Positions 48,401 through 58,238 of a stretch of DNA of 64,000 nt are shown here, one piece after another. The stretch lies in IMG/VR virus record IMGVR_UViG_3300048672_000851, positions 1-64,000 of that record; one strand, given 5' to 3'. The stretch's first letter is position 1, and each line of letters opens with the position of its first letter. Origin of the DNA: a virus. Below the pieces are notes generated by a model. That model searched no databases. It saw nothing but the letters and a program-made list of their open reading frames with translations, and was not told where the DNA came from. The position numbers and the translations under genes were made by a program.

Positions 48401-51400
48401 GTACCAGAAGCTAATTGTTGTTGTTGTAATTCATCCATATTCATGAATACATCTGCAACATCAGCAATAGTGTGTGGTTGTTCATTCTGTCTTTGTAGTT
48501 TATTTACCAAATCAGCAGGCAGTTTTTTATTGCTACGTTTAATTTTATTAGTAGCTTTTACTGGTTTACGATGAACAATAGATTTACTTAAGTCTTCACC
48601 AGCAAATAGACTATCAATTATTTCACCATTAACAGCTAAGCCATTAATTGCAATTTGAGTATCTTCATACAACTCAGAACCCGGTTTAATGCGAATAAAG
48701 TTCACATCATCATTACGTGCTCTGTTTTGTTTGTTCTGGCTTGTTTGGTTGGCTTCTTTAACTAAGTATGAATCCAATGAAACCTTATTTACTTCGAACA
48801 AACCCATTTCAACCATAGTGTAAAGAGCAGCTAAGCCTAAACCAGTTACTAACTTCTCTTTACCAAATTCAATTCCTTCCACAGAAATGCCAATCATATC
48901 AACTACACGTTGACCAATTTCATCAGCATACATATAGACAGGAGTGCCTTTATCGCGTAAAGCCTTAGCTACTACTGCATCTACTGGTTTTTTTTCTTTC
49001 TTCTTCTGAATAAGGTTAATTGTTTTGTCATCATTCAAAATAGAAGTTAAAGTTGAATTGTTATTTAATTCAACTAAAGCAGCATAACCTAGAGCAGTAC
49101 TGATATTTTCATTCAGCACTAAATTACCTTTAGTATCTTCTTCTAAGAACATAGCTAATGGATTTTGAGTTCTGAAGTAATCACTCAGCGTATCTTTACC
49201 TGATTTATCTTTAAAAGATAAAGCAATTTTAGCTGATAATGATTTATTGAACTTATTCACAAAATGAACAGCATAAGAAACATCTTCTAGATGTTCTTCT
49301 TTTATCTTGTTCTCACCTAAAATGTAACGTAATACATGACTATCTTTCTTGAGTTCGTCTTTAATAGTACTCAAGAAATTAGGAATGTTAGTTAGGTTAT
49401 TGCTGATCTTTTTGTTGTTAACCTTAAATGCTGAACCAAGCTTATTCAATGTTTCAAACATCTTGTCAAAAACACCTTCAGGCTTAGTAATACCAGCAAG
49501 TAAATTCTCACTGTTATTTTCTTCTTCAAGAATAGAAGTCAATAATGCTTCAGCACTAGAGTTGTTTAATTCAACTAATGCTTTCTCATGTAATAACTGA
49601 GTTTCACTTGAATAGTTAGATACATCTAAATTAGACAGCAGATTTTTCAATTCTAACTTAGTTTGTCTTACTACTTTAGTATCAATACCACCTTTTAAAT
49701 CACCACTCAGATTTTTATATTCTTTAAGGAATTTAAGAGTATTCACATTCTTTGGTTTCAGTCTTGCTCGTTTAGCTTTTTCTTCTGCTTTAATTTCTTC
49801 TTGTTCAGCAGCAATTTTATCAGCTTTACGCTTGTCTACTCGTGCTTTGATTTCATCAAAGTTAACTTTACCAGCAGTTACAGATTTTAATGTAACTGGG
49901 TCTTGTTCTGGCAAATCTACAGTAGGTTCTTCTTGTGTGTCTTCTACTACAGGAGCAGATTCTACTTTTACTGGCTCTTTGGCCACTATAGATTCTACTT
50001 TAGGTTGTTCAACCACTGGACTTACAGAAGCTTCCATTACTGTGTTGTCTTTAACACCTAGAATACCTGACATATATTTATGAGCAGCATCAATAATTGG
50101 TTTTTCAATTACCAAGTTATTGTACATTTCTCTTTGTTTATCGGATGCTCTGTTAGCATCAATAAAAGACTTAACAGAAGCTAATGTAGAATCTGTTCTG
50201 TTCTTTAGCTTAGTTACACGTTCATAAGTATTCTTAGACCAAGTATCATTCTTCTCAGCTAAACTTGTGTTAAAGCTGTTCATCAAGTCTTTAATGCTAC
50301 GAATTTGCTTAGCTCTCCCAGCATCTTCGTTATTACCTAAAATATCTTTACTTACTTCATTTGTACTTCTTTCATCAAATAAAGATTTGTACTCACGATA
50401 AGCATCAACTGTTTCTTGTACTTGTGCTCTGATATTTTCATCAGGAATTTTGTTAATGTCATCATCAGAGAACGAATCAATACTAGAGCCAAGCTTTCTA
50501 AATAAACCTCCTGCAACTTTATCCATTTCTGGATCATTGCTCTTAAAGTTCTGGAATTGTTTTTTCAGAGTTTCAACACTTAAGTCTGAGTTGTTGAATC
50601 GCAAAACAATGTGTTTTACGTTAGCTACAATGTCATCATAATCAGATTTAGCATTAACTAATTCTTCTTCTAGCTTAGCTTTTTCATCTTCAGAAACAGA
50701 AGCATCCTCTAATTGTTTTTGGATTTCTTCTGTTCTAGTTTCTAAATTTGTTTTAGCTTCTTCACGTAATTCAATTGCAGTAGCAGCTAATTCCTCAAAA
50801 TCTTTTTTCTTTGTGATTTCTCTAGACAATACTGTTTTAGAAGATAAAGCTTGGATTTTATCTTTAATTGGAGCATCCAGTTTTACAATAGCTTCCTTGT
50901 CATTTTTATCTAATAATTCAATGACTTTACTAAATACTTCTGGATTAGCGACTTCTGATTTTTCCTTCTCATAAGCCTTACTTTCAGCACGTTTTTCTAA
51001 CTTGTCTGAAACAGCCCCTAAAGCCTTCTTAGCCATTTGTCCGGCTACTGGGGCTTCGGCTAGGGTAGTAGTTGCACCCGCTGTAATACCGCCTGCCAGA
51101 GCACCATAAGCAGCAGCATCACCAGTGCCTTTATATAGGTCTTGATCAGGATTAGTAGTTACTTGTTCAGCCTTGTTCTGGCCAACAGCACCACCGATAC
51201 TTTCAGCAGCTTCCTGAACACCTTCAGCAAGCGTACTACCAGCCACTTTGCCAGTACTACGAAGAAGACCCTTCTCAGTACCTGTATCAACCAATAGACC
51301 GAAGCCTGAGCCTTCCAGCTTGCCTGTACGAGCTAACTTGGTACTGGCCAATGACACTAAGGCAGAGATTGATCCAGCATTAACAAATGCTCTTTCTGCC

Positions 51401-52683
51401 AGTGCATACTTAGCTTCTTCTTCAGTTAAACCATCGCCAAGTAAATCACGGTATTGTTTGCTTTGTTTTAGCTTTTCAATTTCTGTATTTAAGATTCGTT
51501 CTTTAGCATCAATAGCATTAGATAAACCTTCTTGTGCCATGCTTACAGTTAAGCCTGAACCAGCAGTAATTTTAGCTAACTGCTTCATGCCTTCTTCTGT
51601 TTTAAGGAACTCTTTACTTAATTTAGAAACTTTAGCTGCGCTATATGCACCCGGAGCCAAACTAGATAATAGTGATTCACTAATGGTTCGTTGTAATTCA
51701 ACGGGTGAATCTAATAAGTAAGCACCTGCATCAACAAAGGATTGTAATTGAGCAGCAGTTTTATCTGTCCATTCAATTTTTCCTTTCTCTGCCAAGGCTT
51801 GCAAATATTTCGCGTCTACGTTCGCTTGTCGCTCACTTGACGCTTCATTTGCAAGCCTTGCTGAAGCCAACTGAGAATCTGAACTTAGATTATCATTTAC
51901 AATTTCTTTTGTTTTGCCGAAATCAGGACGTAAGCTAACACCAATTGTACTTTTACCTGCTTTATCTAAAGCTAAGCCTAAATCAATTGGTGCAACTTCA
52001 TCTTTAATTTCTGGAATAAAAGAACCATCTGGTACAGTAATACTTGCACCACTAAAAGGCATTGCTGCAACTTCTACAGCAGCATCTAATGCTTGAACGC
52101 CTAAATCAGCAGCACCATAAGCAACTTGGCCTAAACCAATACCACCTTGAATAGCCACATCTTTGATGTTATCTGCTACTGCTTCAGATGTAGTTCTTCC
52201 ATCAACAATGTTTTGTTCAAACTGTGCTGTAGAGTCAGCATTTAGATATTGATCTAATGTAATGCTTGCTGTCTCTTGAGCTTGCTTATCTAATTCAGCT
52301 TGTGCCAATTTCTGAGCAAGAAGCTGCTCCGGTGGAATAACTTCTACTGGCTTAGGGGTTGGATGTAATTGTTCTTTAACTTTAGCTAAGTGATAACCAA
52401 GCACTGAACCAGAATCAATTTCTTTATTAACCCGCTGTTCTTCTTCATAATCAGCCATCAGTTGATTTGGATTAAACGGTGCAGGTTGATCACGTATTGG
52501 CTGCAATTCAGATTTAGGATTAAGCGTAGGTTTAATCGCATTTTGGAATACAGATTTTTCTGCTAAAGCTTGTTTTTTGACTTCAGAAATAGAAGCTACT
52601 TCAGCTTTCTTTTGCTCGGCTGTCTGAGCCAAGACATTGAACATACTGGTTAATGGGTCATTCTGAGTAGGTTTGTCTGACAT
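42463..52683 (-). CDS. Virion-encapsidated RNA polymerase (N4 gp50-like)
   Basis: ~3,400 aa; LEVDGKTNG (motif A), RNYAKSPLMTWNY (motif B), NLNDAV (motif C region), HEMIH; almost no Cys; start re-called to 52683 after AGGAG. Confidence 0.95.
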   Translation of the reverse strand: MSDKPTQNDPLTSMFNVLAQTAEQKKAEVASISEVKKQALAEKSVFQNAIKPTLNPKSELQPIRDQPAPFNPNQLMADYEEEQRVNKEIDSGSVLGYHLAKVKEQLHPTPKPVEVIPPEQLLAQKLAQAELDKQAQETASITLDQYLNADSTAQFEQNIVDGRTTSEAVADNIKDVAIQGGIGLGQVAYGAADLGVQALDAAVEVAAMPFSGASITVPDGSFIPEIKDEVAPIDLGLALDKAGKSTIGVSLRPDFGKTKEIVNDNLSSDSQLASARLANEASSERQANVDAKYLQALAEKGKIEWTDKTAAQLQSFVDAGAYLLDSPVELQRTISESLLSSLAPGAYSAAKVSKLSKEFLKTEEGMKQLAKITAGSGLTVSMAQEGLSNAIDAKERILNTEIEKLKQSKQYRDLLGDGLTEEEAKYALAERAFVNAGSISALVSLASTKLARTGKLEGSGFGLLVDTGTEKGLLRSTGKVAGSTLAEGVQEAAESIGGAVGQNKAEQVTTNPDQDLYKGTGDAAAYGALAGGITAGATTTLAEAPVAGQMAKKALGAVSDKLEKRAESKAYEKEKSEVANPEVFSKVIELLDKNDKEAIVKLDAPIKDKIQALSSKTVLSREITKKKDFEELAATAIELREEAKTNLETRTEEIQKQLEDASVSEDEKAKLEEELVNAKSDYDDIVANVKHIVLRFNNSDLSVETLKKQFQNFKSNDPEMDKVAGGLFRKLGSSIDSFSDDDINKIPDENIRAQVQETVDAYREYKSLFDERSTNEVSKDILGNNEDAGRAKQIRSIKDLMNSFNTSLAEKNDTWSKNTYERVTKLKNRTDSTLASVKSFIDANRASDKQREMYNNLVIEKPIIDAAHKYMSGILGVKDNTVMEASVSPVVEQPKVESIVAKEPVKVESAPVVEDTQEEPTVDLPEQDPVTLKSVTAGKVNFDEIKARVDKRKADKIAAEQEEIKAEEKAKRARLKPKNVNTLKFLKEYKNLSGDLKGGIDTKVVRQTKLELKNLLSNLDVSNYSSETQLLHEKALVELNNSSAEALLTSILEEENNSENLLAGITKPEGVFDKMFETLNKLGSAFKVNNKKISNNLTNIPNFLSTIKDELKKDSHVLRYILGENKIKEEHLEDVSYAVHFVNKFNKSLSAKIALSFKDKSGKDTLSDYFRTQNPLAMFLEEDTKGNLVLNENISTALGYAALVELNNNSTLTSILNDDKTINLIQKKKEKKPVDAVVAKALRDKGTPVYMYADEIGQRVVDMIGISVEGIEFGKEKLVTGLGLAALYTMVEMGLFEVNKVSLDSYLVKEANQTSQNKQNRARNDDVNFIRIKPGSELYEDTQIAINGLAVNGEIIDSLFAGEDLSKSIVHRKPVKATNKIKRSNKKLPADLVNKLQRQNEQPHTIADVADVFMNMDELQQQQLASGTHGVKFEKSHITAKESAEAAGDGIKQEIQTFKNLMKMGLKTFFLENVTYANRRYGIANKIDTMQSKVHRWLVSNANWKTEYDVNNLGFFVHAVVAAFDGKIDVWSPERIKQEFKDIYESDLVQKALDEVDTLSKGEVVNIKSILALNEKYGTKLHLLAGLKALANYRQGLRSNGKFTSDLTLEVDGKTNGFAFSLIQYVRGITADYKEQLNRTGVLSGFRDLAEYYGQGAMDSYQLIAKNLNDMVSDDLQINKLAKDIYKISKKPNRTKEEEILVSLELTKNYKFKEKLKAISTLVGDLVDAEGKVTKAGRNYAKSPLMTWNYNAGRASIARNFATEAVDNFYSELAKFKDKYSEVNTQQERAEISKQYKAYLSNMSAILNVNLKADINHANTFMLTQEQFDKFAVAIQFTYGSLLNTTMQETFPELHNARSAVNDVVYKINEVFGVIYHVEVRKYLNKVKDQGIYHVSKEAHKEIMESIKEMVPSFKGYASEPVYSDREDWMEKSGFVNDANIAENNGFKEGYLARYFGNVMQAAANSKGISLQNVVVNPRELLFGKNTIGKISFNPLNPLVFNKNGTVGEVKSAPIVPEMDNLMFWGNNKIGVAPVLIHNLDAAVISEMMAEFNIYNLNDAVLVAPKDAEAAIIRMNQIFKEVNEKFSISESVYDMASDFSFAVSNYLKNADAKTKHYLENVFEMSEGYGTNEVVFSGLKGLKYVMTLIDARASKGIDNKEVKQKLIDEIGSFGQYGLSGVVYEQNAIDRPELDSTQDNYLNIQEEIKNSLGSSADKMGTFTTIGSKILTTTDQTLQTLEDLQAQDITPTNTEHMERLKAVIEQVGKVMEPVTVLLAKGTDRTRGDYSEETKTARLKLKTVPALMRRGMSDAETFAHEMIHHILEPFVDFKNKHTERLRFLYELARQHIKPEDLIEFDANGNKIANPTQEQIEDAQKMYDYVFYNTESSTRIVANPITGVKEKETKHNGFSEFLAHVATNQNFIRILETNKELNAAFNKGRKYEPTPSNAKSSFVIQAGNFVVELVSRIFEYMNVIQDYFTNPKGSNAHQKAMKLMEQMTQTQEKNLLNTISSYEGKFDLNNKTKDAIKRSLTSEPMRKVAIATNNANPNTVTGFPVYILNKLTKSLMHLGHANSKSISEVIDTQMSKLIHDEQAILAAAGREIQGRNERTSVVHNLRQVSQRYIDAMRINVRTNLKKFVVQDLFKGNLSKATDEALYYGVMKSDLSWFVREGDYTFDQLVQLIESDKNLNARIVELKKQLDDNFEPEIANYYKEHASSLGHYMQTDKHLINCSANNAYLIASLKTTMGIGKTNGDKKLAEKIIDELASIYALKFSGKRKELSELAANNREAFEGSVALQAKSVQYSNQFLFGNNKTQTKKGYVTDITHPKRSLIFAHNQDEVDQLVAQGKELVYENPIPKDPLDPNSTEMYVLVDPVGGLATLNAGVMSFTSETASGTDLIDVANLNGTGSVQNFITGKNDIKTYKDNAMREIEEQLKGNFTKEVNVANPVYTDKGKVVNYRYEMLHKTRVDVLKLQPSFAETIGVTMAHSKDKVNTKLLNRLAVNSLKKDFDKYKDRAGEFKQYVFIGRQSTDPKMRELWHKLPFDTQLAIKDTWGEEGMYVRARSINDVFGFRELRVNDLTESMHKRFNNAFTESMDKLARNSKFMRYEDMTYEALRMAKDIIVVKSGVTGLANIMSNVLLTSMKTGSLVKTITRMIEGFNYTNQYMRMVHEIDQLNLQLEAKNLSDEERKEAISRKLELEGVVHSNPVHFLIKNGVFQTVVEDMDSENDLFSYSTELMDKFKNVTDKVPDVITDLVKTGLMTHDTRLYKLMFKMVQMGDFTARYALYMHNKEEGMEDKQNLDDVMETYVDYDYATHPLISMFNKIGFMIFTKYILRAQKVLVKLAIDKPLTVLFSAVSQYGLGDIEDPYDTMLTLENLLNRLTNAIEIILSAIGETLTLAAIK

Positions 52684-52736
52684 GGTTTTCACTCTCCTAG
52701 ATGATGCATCAAGCATACCCCAAGAGATGATCCAAG

Positions 52737-52766
52737 AAAAGAAAAGCCCCTAAAAATAGGGGCTTT
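52737..52766 (-). terminator. Rho-independent terminator
   Basis: AAAGCCCC/GGGGCTTT with T-rich tail on -. Confidence 0.75.
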
Positions 52767-52769
52767 GTT

Positions 52770-54275
52770 TTAGTTTGTTTTTCCAGCTTGCTTTATCAGT
52801 TCAAACATAGAAGCATCAGCTTCTATTTGACTTCTGTTGATACTGTTTTCTTCATCAGTCTGAAATTTTTGAAGGGCTTTTTTATCTTGAAGAAGTTTTA
52901 ATTTAGCTTTAATTGCATTATTAATATCTTCGCCTGAAATATCTAAGTTAGGGTTATCAACTCCACTAATCCAAGCACTATCAAATTTATTTTTGCCTGC
53001 TTTAAAAATAATATCGTCAGTAATAACAATATTGTCATTAATAAAAGCTTTTAATCTTTCTGAATCAGTTTTACCTGAATATTTATTTAATACTTGTTGA
53101 TACTCGGTGTCGTTAAGTCCAAACATGTCTTTTACAACACCTGCTTTAACATTGCCTTTGTTATCAACTAAGCTTGCATTAAATAATGCAAGTCCTTCTG
53201 TAGTGGCGGTATTTATGTCTTCCATAATAGAAGAAACGCCATCTTGGGTTAGCTTTTCATCTTTACCTGTCACTTTACTGATAAAATCAGTAACAAAAGT
53301 AGCGTCATTATTAAATGGCTGTCCGGTTACACCATTGTAGACACCAAAAGTAGATTCAACATCTTTAATGCGTTGAGCTTTTTCAGCAACAACTTGGTCT
53401 TTTTCTTTTGTTAATTTAGCAATAACAGCATTATTGCCATTTTGAACTTTTTTAAGATTTTCTTTTTCAGCAAAGTCTATATTACTGCCATCAATACCTT
53501 GCTCAACATTTGCATGAGCCAGTAATGTTTTAAGTTCATTACCTTTAAGTCCACTGTTAATAGCAAAGTTATTAATATCATTGGCAGGAACACCTGCACC
53601 AACCATCTTAGTTACTTCAAGCATCTTGTCTTTTAATAACTGACCTTGATTGTAAGCTTGTTGTTGTTGGTTAAAAGTCGTATTTCTTTGTGCTCTGGCT
53701 TCTGCTTCGTTAGCAAGATTTCTTTTTTGATCCACTAAGCTTTGATACTTATTGGTCATAGCAGCCATTAGCTTACCGCCTTGCTGCATAGTTCCAATTT
53801 TTTGTTGGAGTGCAGGCATATCCTTAAGCATGGTTTCAGGATCAACGTAACTTGCAATCTGTTCTTCTAATGGATCAGCAATTAAATTATCTTTGCGGTT
53901 AACTAATTTTTGATCATAGTCAAATTGAGTATTGAGCCTAGTCATTAAGTTATTTGCTGCACTGTCTCTTGCAGCAATAATTGCTTTTGTATCTACTGCA
54001 TTACCGTATTTCTGTCTTAATCCAGCATCGGTAAGAGAAGCAGTAAAAGCTTTTAATTGATCTAAGTCTTGAATAGAGTTTAATGCATCTAACTCAGCAG
54101 CAGTATTTTGATCTACAGCCTTTTTATAATTAGCTTCGTTAGCATCTTTAATTGGATTAAACGCACTACCTAAGTTTTGAAAAGCTTGGCTCAAACTACT
54201 TGAGCCTTGCTGTAATAATCGTGCTGAATCAGTTAAATCTGGTGCAGCAACGTTTTGCCAAGTAATAGGAGCCAT
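52770..54275 (-). CDS. Ejection/internal virion protein (N4 gp51-like)
   Basis: MAPITWQNVAAP N-terminus; position before vRNAP. Confidence 0.8.
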   Translation of the reverse strand: MAPITWQNVAAPDLTDSARLLQQGSSSLSQAFQNLGSAFNPIKDANEANYKKAVDQNTAAELDALNSIQDLDQLKAFTASLTDAGLRQKYGNAVDTKAIIAARDSAANNLMTRLNTQFDYDQKLVNRKDNLIADPLEEQIASYVDPETMLKDMPALQQKIGTMQQGGKLMAAMTNKYQSLVDQKRNLANEAEARAQRNTTFNQQQQAYNQGQLLKDKMLEVTKMVGAGVPANDINNFAINSGLKGNELKTLLAHANVEQGIDGSNIDFAEKENLKKVQNGNNAVIAKLTKEKDQVVAEKAQRIKDVESTFGVYNGVTGQPFNNDATFVTDFISKVTGKDEKLTQDGVSSIMEDINTATTEGLALFNASLVDNKGNVKAGVVKDMFGLNDTEYQQVLNKYSGKTDSERLKAFINDNIVITDDIIFKAGKNKFDSAWISGVDNPNLDISGEDINNAIKAKLKLLQDKKALQKFQTDEENSINRSQIEADASMFELIKQAGKTN

Positions 54276-54285
54276 AACTTACCTC

Positions 54286-54657
54286 TTAACCACCAATTGT
54301 TCCTTTAGCTGCCCATTTGTCCATATAGGAACTGGCAGTACCATACTTAGCAGCATTCAAGCGTTCACGGTTAGCAGCCAGATCATTAATCTGTCTGTTA
54401 TACGCTGATGCTTGGTTTGCTAAGTTAACAGCAGACATTTGTTCATTAAAACGTTGCTGTTGCTTGGCCAGCTTCAATTGTTGAATACCAGCCCAACCTT
54501 GCATCAATGCACTACCTGCATTAGCAGCTACAGGCAGAATACCTGCATTACCTTTTGCTGTATTTCCAATCCAATTATCCCAAGACCAGAAACTAGGATC
54601 AGCGGTGGTACTGCCAACCTGATCTGTCGCCCACTTATTAATAGCGTTACTAAACAT
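54286..54657 (-). CDS. Ejection protein (N4 gp52-like)
   Basis: Gly/Ala/Gln-rich, KLAKQQ..NLANQ..YN pattern, synteny. Confidence 0.8.
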   Translation of the reverse strand: MFSNAINKWATDQVGSTTADPSFWSWDNWIGNTAKGNAGILPVAANAGSALMQGWAGIQQLKLAKQQQRFNEQMSAVNLANQASAYNRQINDLAANRERLNAAKYGTASSYMDKWAAKGTIGG

Positions 54658-54690
54658 ACAAACCCCCTTTAGTTTGTCAATAATATAGCC

Positions 54691-56847
54691 TTAAAACGTT
54701 CCAAAATCACTATTTTTAGGCAACCGAAGCATACGCTCTACGTATGTACTAGGTGCATCTAAACCAAGCACCCCAACGTTCCCTATGTGTGTTAATCGGT
54801 TAAAAAACTCAGTAGGAGTCTCATTTGGGTTAAACTGGAATACGTATCTACGAGACAAAATGTAACTCATATCTGGAGCTATGTTTTTCTGTAGTTCTTT
54901 CAGTTCATCAAACGCTTTCTCATACTCTTTCATTGTTGCTTCGTAAGTGGCAACAGACTCATTGTAATCATCCGTAACTACATTGTTTAGTGCATTCTGA
55001 GCCAGCATTGTTGTTTTAAGTAAGTTCTCAGCCCACTCAGTATTCTTAAATCCATACTCATAAGCAGAGTAAATAGCAGCTAAGATAATTAATATTTCTA
55101 CTGCATCATAACCTAGCAAATCAGCTATTTCTTTAATAGCCAGCTTCATTAACTTAGCAATTATGATCTGCTTAATTGTATCAACAGCCAATTGCTTTAA
55201 AAACTCGTATACGCTCATGCCTTGAGGGTTCATCGAAAACAATGAGATTACTATCATTGTAATTTGAACCAGATTTAAAAAATCCTCTGTTAAATACCAA
55301 GGAATTTCTACTTCGTCCTTAGCGTATACAGTAAGGATTAATGAATCACTAAGTATTCTACTTTGGTCAAATATGCCGATACTTTTAAACAAACCAATAA
55401 TTATTGGAAAATAAATATGGTTTTTACTGCTATCTTGATACTCATTTAAGTAGTATTTAGCTACTACTCCGGGATATGTTTCACCAACCCAGATTAAACC
55501 TCTGATTTCTATTTCTACATAAGAGCCAGTGTTAATTTGCTTACGAACATAGAAAGATGAATCATCAGCTTTAACTAAAAGTGTAAATTCAATAAATGGT
55601 CTTGTTACTATCTCTGTAGTTACTGTGCCAACTTCACCTATAACTCCAGCAATAACTTTCTTTTCAGCATACAAGTATCTCACTGAATGGGCATAGTTGT
55701 TATCTTCACCACCTTTGAGATTAATTATGTTGTATTGATCTTTAAGTAAGAATGTCTGTTCTGGACTATTGTAATTAGCTAAGAAATGTTCCCATGTTGC
55801 TTTAGTTCTGAAGTTATTCACATAAGTAGTCAGATAACCAGCGAATTCAAACAAGTAATCTTTAGTTGCTTGTTGTTCTGTAGCTGGACTAACACCAAAT
55901 CCAACGAAAGCATCATCAATTATTTCTGGATCATTCCCTTGTTCCGTAGACATGATGGCATCAGTAACAGTCTCTAACTTAATACCTAGTAACTTTAATG
56001 CTCTGTATACATCTTTAAAGTTCTCATTTTCTTCATGGTCAATGAGATTTACTTTAGTGTTTCTAATAGATACTGTAGGAATGTATTTGTTAGTTATAGC
56101 TGTATTACCAGCTACTATTTCATCAACAATGTCAGGAACATCTACTTGATCCAATGGCAAATAATAAGCTTCGTCAGTACCATACTCAAATACGACTAAA
56201 CTCTTATTTCTGTCCATCCAACCATTAATATTAATTGGAATGTACGTGTATTCTTGTGTGGTTCCGCCAGTAAAGTGAATAGTTAAGTAAACTTCACAAC
56301 CCCACTCTTTTAATACCACTGTAGTAGGTAAGTCCATCCAAGTAACTTTGCTTACTGAGCCAAGTGCATTTATCTCAGGAGGGTAACTACTTAATTCTTT
56401 AGTAGTGCTATTCCATCCCATAAACTCAGGCATGTAACTCGCCTTTAAGTAATAGAATGGATAAATTCTATCTGTCCAGTAAACTCTGTTATATGTAAGC
56501 CAGTTCTTACCAGATTTATCCCAGAATAGTTTCAATAAGTCTGAATATGGATACACAAAACTTTTAGTGTTGCGCCACAGTACATACTCACCATCTACAG
56601 GTAAGATTTCAGGGAAATCGTATTCAATACTGTTTGTATATGTTTGGTTCTCAGAAATTAAATTGTGATAATTCATAACAGAAGCTTTTAAACCTCTGCT
56701 TAGTGTTTCTTTTAAATTATCAGATAAATTTCTGTTATTAAGTACAGAATCTAAACAAGCATCTCTTAATTCAGTACTTTGATTCTTTAATAGTTTCTGT
56801 GTACTGACACCAACTACTATGACCGTTTCATTGTCTAATCCAAGCAT
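54691..56847 (-). CDS. Structural protein (N4 gp53-like)
   Basis: Synteny; IPWY followed by hydrophobic helices; ETPTEFFNR C-terminus. Confidence 0.75.
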   Translation of the reverse strand: MLGLDNETVIVVGVSTQKLLKNQSTELRDACLDSVLNNRNLSDNLKETLSRGLKASVMNYHNLISENQTYTNSIEYDFPEILPVDGEYVLWRNTKSFVYPYSDLLKLFWDKSGKNWLTYNRVYWTDRIYPFYYLKASYMPEFMGWNSTTKELSSYPPEINALGSVSKVTWMDLPTTVVLKEWGCEVYLTIHFTGGTTQEYTYIPININGWMDRNKSLVVFEYGTDEAYYLPLDQVDVPDIVDEIVAGNTAITNKYIPTVSIRNTKVNLIDHEENENFKDVYRALKLLGIKLETVTDAIMSTEQGNDPEIIDDAFVGFGVSPATEQQATKDYLFEFAGYLTTYVNNFRTKATWEHFLANYNSPEQTFLLKDQYNIINLKGGEDNNYAHSVRYLYAEKKVIAGVIGEVGTVTTEIVTRPFIEFTLLVKADDSSFYVRKQINTGSYVEIEIRGLIWVGETYPGVVAKYYLNEYQDSSKNHIYFPIIIGLFKSIGIFDQSRILSDSLILTVYAKDEVEIPWYLTEDFLNLVQITMIVISLFSMNPQGMSVYEFLKQLAVDTIKQIIIAKLMKLAIKEIADLLGYDAVEILIILAAIYSAYEYGFKNTEWAENLLKTTMLAQNALNNVVTDDYNESVATYEATMKEYEKAFDELKELQKNIAPDMSYILSRRYVFQFNPNETPTEFFNRLTHIGNVGVLGLDAPSTYVERMLRLPKNSDFGTF

Positions 56848-56851
56848 AAAT

Positions 56852-56875
56852 AAAAAAGGACGGTTGCCCGTCCTT
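56852..56875 (-). terminator. Rho-independent terminator
   Basis: AAGGACGG/CCGTCCTT with T6 on -. Confidence 0.8.
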
Positions 56876-56880
56876 CCCTC

Positions 56881-57546
56881 TTAAGGTGTTGCTGGTGGAG
56901 GTGCCACAGGTGTAGCCCCAATCCCTTGAATCGCTTTAAGGGCAACTACATTGATATTACCATCATGCATCCCTGTATCAAGTGGATCAACGTTAGGGTC
57001 AACAGATTTTTGAATTGACCACACATCAGAAAGTATTTTAAGTAGTTTCTGTTCTGCATCACGCAAGAAACCATCACCTTGACGAGTGTACAATTCTTTC
57101 TGTTTACCAATAATACCTGCTACAGCAACACCATCAATTAAGTCTTTAAACTGAGCTTCTTCAGTCTTCACCTTAGCTTCCAATAACAGTTTTTCTGTAT
57201 TGGTTCGAGCTAGTTGTAATTCTAAAATAGCAATTTCTTTATCTGCTTTAATTAGGTTCTTTTCAACTAACTGTTTTTCTACCAGTGATTTCTGTGTTTC
57301 TGCTTCTACTTGTGCCTTTTGAGCCAAGATTAAAGCAGCCTGATTATTGGCTGCTTCTACAGAAGTTACATACTGAATGCTCTGTGCTAAAACTGTATTC
57401 AAAGAACCAAGATAAATTTCAGCATATTCTTTACTACCAATACGCTTAGCTTGAAACTGCTCATTTAACTGAGCGTAAACTCTTGCCATTAGTACATCGA
57501 ATACGCCTGTACTACCATTTGTGATTTGTTCTACAGTAATAGCCAT
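56881..57546 (-). CDS. Structural/tail protein (N4 gp54-like)
   Basis: GVFDVLM..QLNEQF..RI..EYA; GIIGKQKELY..Q..GF.RDAEQK. Confidence 0.85.
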   Translation of the reverse strand: MAITVEQITNGSTGVFDVLMARVYAQLNEQFQAKRIGSKEYAEIYLGSLNTVLAQSIQYVTSVEAANNQAALILAQKAQVEAETQKSLVEKQLVEKNLIKADKEIAILELQLARTNTEKLLLEAKVKTEEAQFKDLIDGVAVAGIIGKQKELYTRQGDGFLRDAEQKLLKILSDVWSIQKSVDPNVDPLDTGMHDGNINVVALKAIQGIGATPVAPPPATP

Positions 57547-57552
57547 AGTTTA

Positions 57553-58176
57553 TTAACCTACACGAGCACGTTGAGTATGAGCCAGTTGAGCTAATTCTTC
57601 TTTGGTCAATGGTGGCAGAATTTCAATAGCAAATTCATTTACCAAGTAACCTTCACGAACTTCAATGCCCTTTTCTTTCTTCATTTTGAATTGTTGGAAC
57701 TTACGTTCACGCAACATATCAAGGAATACACATTCAACATGTGTTTCAACGTTAAATGGAATTGCACGACGAATAGTACCAACTACATCGTTACCAAAAG
57801 TGAAGATCTCAGCTTCGTATTCAGATTTACTTGGATTCATACAAGTAACACGTACACGAATTAATTTATGTGCTTCTTTACGCTTACGAGCTTTGTAAGC
57901 TGTGTCTGATTCATCTGGATAACGATCCAATGATTTAAATTGTAGTTCCAGTTCTTCACCAGTTTCAGATAATTCTTTACCTGCTTCTTCAACAGTGTTT
58001 AATACTTCTTTGGCTTGGAAATGAGCAATGATAAGTTCTTTTAACTTGGCTTCGCCAGATTTATGATGGAAGTGAATATCTTCGGCATCACAAATGTCTT
58101 TTAATTTTTCTAAACGGTCTTCATCTTCCAGACCTTCTAAAAGTGCATCTAATTTTTCTACTGTGTATTGTGACAT
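57553..58176 (-). CDS. N4 gp55-like protein
   Basis: KLIRVRVTCMNPSK, EFAIEILPPLT..EL..LA..Q. Confidence 0.85.
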   Translation of the reverse strand: MSQYTVEKLDALLEGLEDEDRLEKLKDICDAEDIHFHHKSGEAKLKELIIAHFQAKEVLNTVEEAGKELSETGEELELQFKSLDRYPDESDTAYKARKRKEAHKLIRVRVTCMNPSKSEYEAEIFTFGNDVVGTIRRAIPFNVETHVECVFLDMLRERKFQQFKMKKEKGIEVREGYLVNEFAIEILPPLTKEELAQLAHTQRARVG

Positions 58177-58199
58177 GGTTTTTTCCTTATTACTTAGAG

Positions 58200-58224
58200 A
58201 AAAAAGCCCCCATTAAGGGGGCTT
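58200..58224 (-). terminator. Terminator after major capsid gene
   Basis: AAGCCCCC/GGGGGCTT with T run on -. Confidence 0.85.
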
Positions 58225-58238
58225 AATTTAGTAGTACA